In this document: positions 23,493 to 34,100 of the stretch, piece by piece
Layout: the number at the start of each line of letters is the position of its first letter
Position numbering within the stretch: the stretch's first letter is position 1
Origin: Selaginella moellendorffii
Taxonomy: Eukaryota > Plantae > Lycopodiophyta
Assembly (NCBI RefSeq): GCF_000143415.4
Contig: NW_003314409.1
Location: 186,001 to 250,000 of the forward strand
Length of the DNA: 64,000 nucleotides
Direction of reading: 5' to 3'
Notes under the pieces: model-generated
The model's input: only the letters and a program-made list of their open reading frames with translations
Told to the model about the DNA's origin: nothing
Database searches by the model: none
Position numbers and translations under genes: made by a program

Positions 23493-24399
23493 AATCAAGA
23501 TTAAATAAATTTTACTTCTAGCGCTCTCTTTATATACAGCCATAATTCTTATTATACCCTTCCACATGGTAGAAATATAATGTTTTTATAATGGGCTGTA
23601 AATTTGAAGCATGTGTACTCATTCATGTAGGGAATAATTTAAGTTTAAAATAATTTATGCCAAATGGTCCATCATGGGTCCATCATGCAAGTGTAATGCC
23701 AGCACACCAGTTCTACAGCCTCATATTAGTATAGCCATACCCTTGGCATTATCCATTTGGAATCATGACCAAAGGTGAGCCACTCTTCTTGGATTCGAAT
23801 TGAAGTTACATTTCTGTAGTCTAACAAACTAGCCTAATGTAGCCTCTAACACGAGCTATGGCCCTTGAAACATCCTATACATCTAAATAATAGTGTTATG
23901 ACTGTATTGATCATGGTGAAGCCATTAGCACTTGGCTTTGTTAATTGGGGTTTAATTATTTAGCCTCTAAAAAACTATAGAGCCTAATTTTGATGTGCTC
24001 GAAACTAGAAAAGAGGAAATTGGGGGGGGGGGGGGTGTTTAATTATTTAGCCCTTAAAAAACCATGTTCGAAACCGGAAAAGAGCAAATCAAAGGGTTTA
24101 GGGGGGGGGGACAAAGTTGAACTAGAATTGGAGACTGTGTCCATTATGGTTTATGTGGTTGAAGTCCTTGAGAAGGAGTTCAAGGGACTTGGAGAAGTAC
24201 ATGTTCTGTCATTCTTGGACAAGTGCTGCAAAGGTATAGTGGTGGTTTTCATGTCCATTTGTCTTTGTTAGCCTCGCTTTCGTGTCTAAAGAAGGGCCAG
24301 AGAGTTAATTCCTTAGTGATCTTTCCTCATCATTTTATGTTTTGACGTCTTAATTGAGGATATGCCATGCTTTCACGAGTGTTTATCATTCACAGTTAA

Positions 24400-25900
24400 A
24401 CGGTTTGGTGGAATGGCTCATTTGGACATTCAAAGGAATGATTTTGAAGTATATGAACTTTCAGCATTTAGATTGGGATGGTTATTTGTTGTCTTTTTCT
24501 CCAACCTTTATCAACATGTTAAGTTAGGACTTCAATACAATAATCAAGTGCGACAAAACTTTTGAGATTGTTGCCCAAGCCGAGGGATTCTTGTTATTGA
24601 ATATCCTGGCACAATAGGCCTTCCAAATCTTTGCAAGAGTATATCCCTCGAGGACATTAACAAGCTCCTGGTGAAAATATGTAATTTGTGTACATATTTG
24701 ATTAAATTGAACGAACTGGGGGTTTTTGTTATGTCTCAATTTCTAGGCATTTGAGCGTTTGGTCTTCCCTTATAGGAAGCAGCCCCATAGCACTGATTCA
24801 TAGGTTATGGGTGTGCCACTTTAAAAGGTCTATTTGAGAATTGCCATGGAGCCCTCCCAAACTTCTTGTATAGTTAAGCATTCCCATAGGATGTGGCACT
24901 ATATCTCTTTTGCTACACAGAAACTACACATTGTGTTCAAGAGGCGTATTGCCGCAAATGAGGGGAAGCACTCTTACTAGGCAAGCCACATAGAGTATTG
25001 AGTTTTTGTGGACTAGTGGCTTTTCCAAATTTTGTTCACGTGCTATGGATGGTTTTGGGATGGGATTTATTATGCTCTTATTTTCTTGATAAATGTGATT
25101 TGTATTAAGGGGTGAGTGACTCTTCGGCCAAATTTGGTCTCATACTGAAAGAATTATTTACATATGTCCTTCCATTCCCATTCCACCAAATCCCATTTTA
25201 ATTCTTCCATTATTTGGTGGTGGAACCAATAGAGTTTAACACGTGGTTTTGTGGAAGACTATGTTTAGTGTTGGCTTTAGATTGATCTTGTAAAATTTAG
25301 AGGGATCGATTTTTGGATTTAATTAGGGCTAGCAGTAGATGAAGGTAATTCAATGTTACATGTATAGGGTCTCTTCTCCAATACTTACTTTTAAGCTTTT
25401 TTAAATTAAGGATGTTTGCAATATTTCTCTAGTCCCTATGACAAGATTAAAACTCTTTCAAAGATGAGCTAGTGCACTTGTCTCATGTGGGAGGCAAGAT
25501 AGCATGCTCCAGCCTTAAGTTGGAGGAAGTTCACACCTTATATGGAGTTATGAGTTGGAATTCAATCGTGATTGGACATTATTTTAGCACTGGAAGCATG
25601 TTAGTGGTAGTGTGCCCCATGACAAGTCTCGTATGTCACAAGCATAGCAGTTACCTTCAAGTCTTGCATTGGAGTCATCTAGGAGGTAAATAGCCCAAGA
25701 GCAATGTTGTGTGTTCGTGCTTATAATTTTGCTGATTTTTCATTGTGAGAGTGCACTTTTGATGTTGTTTTAGTCCCTATAGGACATGGGGTAATGTACA
25801 TATATGTTCATTGATTCAAGCACTCAAGGTTAGAGAGGAGGTTGCATAGTTAATAGTTAGGTTCGTACTTTGAATTGAGTTGGGCATCTATAAGTTTAAA
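24400..25900 (-). mobile_element. Decayed LINE ORF2 C-terminus
   Basis: zf-RVT-like CSFCVAKEI*CHILWEC (~24880-24940) followed by KIWKAYCARIF; left and right limits approximate. Confidence 0.5.
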
Positions 25901-26076
25901 TTGTTTACTATATTCTTTCTATAAGTGTTTAGAACTTGTGTCCATGAAATAGGATTGTATGTATGTTAAATGGAGTAGTAGTGTTGGCCAAAATATTCTG
26001 TATAAACACCTATAGTCGAATAAAACTACAAGGCTTAATCATCAAGTAGGAAATTTCATTTTACAATAGTGCATTT

Positions 26077-27065
26077 TGTTGCGAATGTGACTTTGGGTAT
26101 CGAAAGTTACCTGTTAGTTAGTCCTTACGGACACTCTTACTTTACTACCACGATGGCAGGAGGTCGGTATTGCTGGACCCTTTATTAGTCCCTCTTGTGC
26201 TAGTGGAGTTAATTGGGCATTTCGAGTGTACTTAGACCGGACGAGCATAAGGACGGAATTTCTACGTGTTATTACTTAGCCTAGTAAGGAGTTCCCGTCT
26301 CGTTATGTCTTGCACTTGCTAGTGACAAGAACCCTTGCGTGTTGAGATTAGTCCCTCAATATCACTGGATGATAGCTTACTGTGTCTACCAAACACTCTC
26401 GCTATCATGCCCTTTGTGTTAGTCTTGTTTCGGTCCCAAATGCTATTTATGGAAAGTGTCTAGATTTGCTCATTTGGCATATCTACGGAATGTAGAGATT
26501 GATTTGAACACAATGGTGTTCGTCCCATGTCCAAATTCACAATTTAGCGCCATTCCATATTTAGTAAGGCATAGCCGACCAACCTGAGGCATAGTCTAGC
26601 TCCTGCTTGCATGCCTGTCCTTGTTCTGCGTCCGGCTTGGGTCTAAGCCTAAGATCCATTCCATGTTAGCTGGTGGAGTACCCATGTCCTTGTGTTAAGC
26701 CACCGATATGCCGAAATAACGCCAGACTCCATTTGGCTCCATTTTGCGTGCTGGTCCTGGCATTGGGATGCTGGTTGCTCTAGGATTGTTCCAAGTCGCT
26801 CCAGGCTTCTGTCCCTTTGCTCCTTGGGTTGTATGCTCGGGAGTTGCTCTGTGGTCCGATTTCGTCACTCCTTGGCTCCATGCTTGGGAGTTTGGCACCG
26901 TTCCTTCGTTCAGTGGCCCAAGGCCCTGAACCTTGGGTTCCACACCACATTCCTTTGGACACATGGCATCTGTCACGTGGCACAAAGAGGGTTTAGGTTC
27001 CGCTTCGTGGTGTTATCCTATGGTAAATCACCATAGGATAAAGGGTCAAAACCATGTGCACTACA
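26077..27065 (+). mobile_element. LTR of family A, followed by a tRNA-Met PBS and ~550 bp of non-coding internal sequence
   Basis: TG...CA termini, TGGTATCAGAG at 27068-27078, homology to 30046-30586, 38848-39212 and 54573-55483. Confidence 0.8.
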
Positions 27066-30045
27066 TTTGGTATCAGAGGATGAGTCTTGATGAGTACTAT
27101 CCAATGAGATTGGGCAACTAGTCTCGTTGCATACGCAGAGATGAAAACGATGATCCAAGTGGGTACACGTTTGGGTGCAAAGACTTCGCAATTGTTCCTT
27201 GGGTATGGATTTGGTAACCTTGTTGTACCTTATGATGTGAGCTTGCTCTTGGGCTCATAAGATGGATTGAGTTGTTCCAGTTGCACAAGTTTCATGAGTG
27301 AGGCATATTAGCAACTCAAGGCTACACTTTAAGTTGGTAGGATTAATGTTAACCTATCAGTGGTTCCATGGGTTGTTCCATGTACCGTGGGTGAAAAGCA
27401 AATCTCCCTGGGTTTGTTATGAGTGGCAAATAGGCTGGTCTGTAGCTGTTTAGCATGGCACTAGTGGATCCTTCTTAGGCGTGATTATAAAAGGATCAAT
27501 AAAGACTGTAGGGATTAGTCTATTGATTCAAGTAGTCATTGCCGTGCTCTCTCATAAACTTTTCTTGGATCAAACTGAAGGCAGTGTGAAAGAAAGCTTG
27601 AGGTTTGGTCAAAGATGAGACCGAAAAGAGAGTTGTCAGGGACGAAGGATCAAACATGTAAATTATTTTTTCCTCTTTGAGAGATGATTTGCAATGAAGT
27701 GTTAACTCATTACTTGTGTTATCAAGGGTCCCTATCTTGATATATGTTGGAGATGATGGTCTTACAATGGTGAGTTGTGGGATGGATAGCAGTGAAGTGC
27801 TGAACCATTTTGTTTAAGCTTGCTATTGGAAGACTTAAGTTATAATGCTCAATTCTTTTCTGGGGAACCTTGCTAATGCTCTTTGAATAGCTTGGTGTTG
27901 GATTAGTGTTGAGTTTTGTCGGAGAGAGAGTGGTATGAGTTTGTTCGTGTTGTGAAAAAAAGTTAGTGATGATCGGTGTTGTAAATCTCCATCAGTGGAG
28001 TGTGGCATTTATGTTGCATTTTGTTGAATCGAGTTGACACTTGATACTCATATAAACCTTTGTAGTAGTGACATGGGCATTACTTATAGTGTCACTTGAT
28101 TGATGATCAAGTCATTGTGATACTTATATCATATTCATGTGATAATGAGCAATGTGTTTACAAAGTTATTTGGTTAAACAATAATCAACCCCAAAGTGGT
28201 TGATGGTGAAGCTAGTCTACTTGCACGTAGTAGCATTGTAAGTAGCTTTGACTGGATTCTCAATAATGGTCCATTATGCTAAGCTTAAGTTGATACGTTG
28301 TTTCTTTGAGAGTTTGCCGTGAGGTGTTGGAAAAGGGTTGTAGCATTCATTTGCTATATCTCATCAGTTAATTTGTTAGCACTTGGAGTAGATTGTTGGA
28401 TGGAGAAGGTGTGTAGTTAAGGCATTGACATCACTAGCACTCATGTTAGTGGAAGTGACATTGTTGTTTGAGTGATGAGGAATTTTTCTTAAAACTTGAT
28501 TTTCCATGTCATTTTTCTTGTTAAGTGTTTTGGCTTCATATTGGATTTTGAAGGTGGTTGAAGAAAGTGTTAGTGTAATATGGATATTCAAAAATGTGGT
28601 CTTTATGGTCAAGCCTTAGATGTTCACTTTGCATTTTGCGGATGTCAATGTTAAATGTCGATTATATGGGCAAAAAGATGTTCAAGGCTTAAGCATACTA
28701 TGGGTCATGAGAATTTGTGTTGAGGTGAACCTATGTGAAGTTGTTAGTAAGAGGAAGTTGGTTAAGTCTTGAAAGTTTGCATTCCTGGACTAAGAGTTAT
28801 TCTTTCTCTAGGATGGCAATTTTTTCACAAATTTTCTTAGACTTATCCAATGGCTGATCTATTGATCACTTTGTTCAAAAACCATTCTGTTTTCGTAAGC
28901 CAATATATACTAGTGAAAAGGTTGGAGTTGACTTCGGTTACCTTAAACCTTAATATGTAGTTTGTATGATATGGCCCGAAAGGGATGTTAACTTTTGGGG
29001 CTAAGGCAATTGCATTGGATAGAGTCTAGAGTTAGTGTAGAAAAGTAGCTATTGCGCTTTTCTAAGAAAGGTGATTCTTATGCCTTTCTTCTGTAGCATT
29101 ATGCTTGGTGGTAGGTTGTATTTTGCATTTCGTTAAACTTTATGAGAGTAGTGAGCTCTCACTGATCTTGACTTGGTCTTGGTGGCCTTGCACCTTGGTT
29201 GAGGATGGTGATGTTCAACTTAGTTGTTTGAAGTTAAGATGTTGGTACCCGTACTATAGCTTTGTCTATGAGGAGGTTGTGTACTGATATAAATCCATCT
29301 CATGGTCTTCACTTTAGTTTTGACTGAGTGTTGATCATGCATAGCTAGCCTCTTCAAGGCATGCTCAAAGCTATTGATTAGATGCATTGGTGAGCTTATA
29401 GCGATTGAGTTGGATTCGAGTGGTCATTTAGTTTATGCCTGTCTATGAACCTTTATTTCGTACCTCGGGTATTACATTCATTACCGCATTCATTCTGTTC
29501 TATTAATTATTGTTTGGGTTAGTTCTGATAGATTGGGATATTATTTCTTTTGGGTGATACATTTGCAAACATTGTGCTTGTCAGTCAATGATACTTTGTG
29601 TTCTTTGAGTTAACTTTAGTAAGTTGTTTGGCATACTATCTGCCATCTTCAGTAGTTCAGTTTTATTATTGAGTTTTCTTGATGATACGCTGGCTATTGA
29701 ATTTTGTAGGATGGTGAATCCTATGTTTTCCAATGGTGATGATCTTGGTGGTTCCTATACTATCATATTAGTTTATCGGATGATAACTTACTTGGAATAC
29801 TTTTGTGTTTTCATCTAAGATTTATTCATTGATAATTAAGTCTCTAAGATATCATTGTCTAATGACTTTGATATTGTCCATATATTAATCTTTGAGTTTG
29901 GGCTGGTATTGTGCATGGTGAAATCTTTAGTCATGGGGTAGCTACTGTCGACTGGTCATATCACCTACCTCTCTGTCGATGTTTCTTATTTCGTTAAAAA
30001 GGCATGACCATGTAAACAACTCTAACTACCTATTTACAGTAGAGA

Positions 30046-30850
30046 CTTTAGTATCAAAAGTTAGTCTCTAGGACAAGCTCGAAACTTACTAAATATGGAA
30101 TGGCACTAAATTGCGAATTTGGACACAGGACGAACACCATTGTGTTCAGATCAATCTCTACATTCCGTAGATATGCCAAATGAGCAAATCTGGAGACTTT
30201 CCATAAATAGCATTTGAGACCGAAACGAGACTAACACAAAGGGCATGATAGCGAGGGTGTTTGGTAGACACAGTAAGCTATCATCCAGCGATATTGAGGG
30301 ACTAATCTCAACACGCGAGGGTTCTTGTCACTAGCAAATGCAAGACACAACGAGACGGGAACTCCTTACCGGGCTAAATATGCTTAGCTAATAACACGTA
30401 GGAATTCCGTCCTTATGTTCATTCGGTCTAAGTACACTCAAATTGCCTAGTTAACTCCACTAGCACAAGAGGGACTAATAAAGGGTCCAGCAATACTGAC
30501 CTCTTGCCATCGTGACAGTAAAGTAAGAGTGTCCATAAGGACTAGCCGACAGGTAACTTTTGATACCCGAAGTCACATTCACGACACTCTCCCCCCCTAG
30601 GGAAGATCGACGTCCTCGTCGATGCATACTCGAGTCTAGAATACCGCCAAGGAAACAACTCAAGAAAAAGTTCACAGTATTCACACAATGTGAGAAATGC
30701 ACCAACTTAAATGAGTTAGGAGGCAACCTCTTTGTCTAACACGGATGCGCTACCAGCTCAGACACCTTCCGGCCCTCGCCAACATGGAAATGACCAATGG
30801 AGTCAACCACCTTTGTTGCTCTGGGTGTCACCCAGCTTACAAAAGTGTGA
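30046..30850 (-). mobile_element. Family A internal 3' end + PPT + 5' half of an LTR (inverted)
   Basis: Minus strand reads GGGGGGGAGAG|TGTCGTGAATGTGAC at 30586; matches ~54950-55720. Confidence 0.8.
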
Positions 30851-31193
30851 TACGCCCTTGCCTGTAGGAACATAAAGAAAGAAGCTAAAGGCCCTAACCC
30901 TCCTGAGCAAAGAAACCAAACCCATCAGTAAGGTTTAGATAGAGATACTAAAGGAGGCTTAAGGTGAAAGCCCAAAGCGTGTGTTCCTCGGGGGGGGGGG
31001 GGGGGGGGGGGTTTGGGGTGGGGTTTTGGGGGGTTCCCAATGTATAATAAGGATAATGGGTAAGTCGGGCATGGCCCACCAACCTGAGGGATGGGCTAAC
31101 TCCCCCTTGGGGGCCTGTCTTTTTTCTGGGTTTGGGTTGGGGCTAAACCCAAACTCCACACCATAATAGCTGGTGGAGTACCCATGTCCTTGC

Positions 31194-34100
31194 TGTGAGA
31201 CACAAAATCCCTAGGCCCCAAAGTGGAGCCGGAAGGGCGCCACATGGTAGTGGCCGAAGCGAGAGCCAAACGAGCGTAACACGTTTGGACCAAAAGCTCC
31301 GACTTGAAAAGTCAAGAGCGGGAGTGGAACTCCCAACGAAGTGCTCGAGGAACGAGCACGAAGCGAGCAAAAAGCAAGGCTCCAAAAAGGGACCCAAAAG
31401 GACCAACACATGACACGTGGAAGTGTCCGAGATGGACTCGAGTTGGAGTCCGAAGTGGAGTCCGAGATGGACTCGCGTTGGAGTCCGAAGTGGAGTCCGA
31501 GATGGACTTGAGTTGGAGTCCGAAGTGGAGTCCGAGATGGACCCGAGTTGGAGTCCGAAGTGGAGTCCGAGATGGACCCGAGTTGGAGTCCGAAGTGGAG
31601 TCCGAGATGGACCCGAGTTGGAGTCCGAAGTGGAGTCCGAGATGGACCCGAGTTGGAGTCCGAAGTGGAGTCCGAGCTGGACCCGAGTTGGAGTCCGAAG
31701 TGGAGTCCGAGATGGACCCGAGTTGGAGTCCGAAGTGGAGTCCGAGATGGACCCGAGTTGGAGTCCGAAGTGGAGTCCGAGATGGACCCGAGATGGAGTC
31801 CGAGATGGAGTCCGAGATGGAGTCCGAAGTCGAGACCGAGACCGGGACCGAGACCGAGACCGAGACCGAGATCGAGATCGGGACCGAGAATGAGACCGAG
31901 GCCGAGGCCGAGACCGAGCCCGAGCCCGAGTCCGAGTCCAAGTCCGAGTCCGAGTCCGAGTCCGAGTCCGAGTCCGAGTTCGAGTCTGAGAGGGTGAAAG
32001 CCCAAAGCGTTCGTCTCCCAGACCCTGGGGGGTTTGGTGAGCTCCAAAAGTATAGTAGGGGGAGGACTGCAGTGGAGCCAGTTTGGCCAGGAAAGGCCAG
32101 TTTGGCCCAGGAAGGCCGGACCCAGTGTTGGGTGATGAGCTGCCCACTGGGAAGTCCAAGACTAGAGTGAACACAGACCGACAAGCGGGGTAGCTTGGTG
32201 AAGTGTTCAAGAGCCGGCTCTAGTTCCCCCGGGAGATCGACTGGCCGATGCTCCCAGTCCAAGTGTGGGTGGCACTACCTACTTGGATACCTGGTGTGGC
32301 TCAACGGAACCCGCTCTAAGCCCATGGCTAGAGCACCCAAGGGCAGAAGGCGAGGAGAGTACCCAGGTGGCTCGCGTAAGGCCACGGTGTTCCGAAATGT
32401 TGTCCCAAAGGCCCAGACTGTGGAAAGGAAGAGGAGCAGTCCTCTGGGGTAGTGACCAAGGACACAGTCGTGTGGTGAGGAAGTCCCAGAGGACCGTGGG
32501 ACTTAGTGGTCGGGCCTGTGGGTCTCGATCCAGTGGCAGTGTTGGCAAACACGGCCAGGGGCAGAAAGGGACTTAGTGGGGACTGACAGAGGGATATTGG
32601 GGAAGGCTATTCCCCTTGTCGGTGGGCATCCTAAGGATGCTAAGGAGTGGATCTGAGATGACCATTCACGGATGGTTTTCCTAGTCTTGGAGAGCCAAGA
32701 CGGTGATGCAAGTGGTATTGGACTACCAGTGTGGCAAAGGTGATTGGGCATGGCCTTAGCGTAACGGGCTGCTATGTCGGTGGTACCTTTGAGTGTCGGT
32801 CATGGGATCGGACACGTGGAGCACTTGGACCAAGTGCAAATGTTGAGTGGCATGGATGCCATTCTCGGGGCTAGCAAGTCCCAAGTCCTGGATTGGACTT
32901 ATGGAGGTTGTGAATGAGACTCCTCCAAGTGGTCAGAGGTGTGGTTAAGTGACTAAAGTAGAATGGAAAATTTAGTCGCTTACAATTTGGTATCGGAGCC
33001 GTTCCTTAGTCCGACTTTTATTGGTGCTCAAGTATATCACCACTGGTGTTAGCAAGGAAGGTCCGAGAAGAGGGCCTATCCTTGAGGAGTAGCAGGTCGG
33101 GAAGATATGGCTCTCCATTACAGTTCATGTGTGAACTTGTAGACAAGGTGGTGGATAGAAAAGGGCCAATAATGGAACGACTTTGGGATCTTGGGGACAG
33201 TATATGGTTTTCCTCAAAGAGTTGAGGATGTGATCCAGATGAGCGTTTGACTTAGCAAACAGGCTAATGTAGTTGTGGTAAACAACTACAGTTGGGATCA
33301 CGGGAAAGATAGAGACTCCAAAAACAATAAAGGAGTCACAAGTTTATCCTCACCTGGTTGAGGCTGGTGCTCATGAAGGTGAGACCGGAATGGATGACCG
33401 TGAGAGGTCAAATACGGAAGAGGACTCAAGTCCTTGAAAAGGTAGCCGGGGCTACCTCTAATAAATGCTGGAACAACCCAAGGAGTTGGGGGTGTATTAA
33501 GTGGATGAGTTGGTGTTCTCATCACATGGACAAGTAGTCCTAAGGGGCAAAGGTTGCCCCCAGAGAACAAAATCAAGTGTCAGAGTAACACTTGTGAAAA
33601 TAGTCCTTTTGAGTAGGACAGGAATGCAAGAAGTGTATTCCAGTGAGCTAGTGCCTCACAAGTAGGACCTTACGGGTCTGTGGATTAACCAAGTCCAAAA
33701 CTGCTGGATGACTCAAGTAGAGTCAACGAATGGTCCTAAAAGGACTGATGGAAGCATTTGGACTGAGGTGTGTTGTACCCCACAAAGGATGGGGGGGGGG
33801 GGGATCATAGGATCCAAGGATGAGAACAGAGGGTATCTCATCGATGGCAAAATGTGCCATGCTAAAGTTATGGGAAAGGTGTTCCCAGAAGAAAACAACT
33901 TTGACATAAAGTTGTGTGTGACTTCTATGGTGCAGTGCTAACGGATGGTTGGCATGAGAAAGAGTGGTGTTGGTCTTGGCAAAGACATAAACACGAAGGG
34001 GAAATGTCATAGAGGTAGGCTCGTGGAGCCGATGGTGTGGAGACACCAAATGTGCCAAGGTGTGATACCTTAAGGCTATGTTGGTGGGTTCATGAGAACC

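Noticed and set aside
30985-31165. G-quadruplex-like poly-G tract
   Set aside because: Homopolymer inflation relative to paralogous LTRs right after a long G run looks like sequencing error.
31425-31800. CRISPR-like 35-bp repeats
   Set aside because: Head-to-tail units with no unique spacers, no cas genes, eukaryotic LTR context.
32125-32160. Hammerhead ribozyme or 5S-like motif in the family B LTR (gtgatgag...gggaagtcc)
   Set aside because: Lacks the CUGANGA...GAAA core; the 5S resemblance is only ~9 nt.
31143-32262. Long ORFs rich in RS/RP/SD/LG repeats (also 36982-38119 and 39578-40127)
   Set aside because: Translations of the stop-poor LTR minisatellite in several frames; no domain content.
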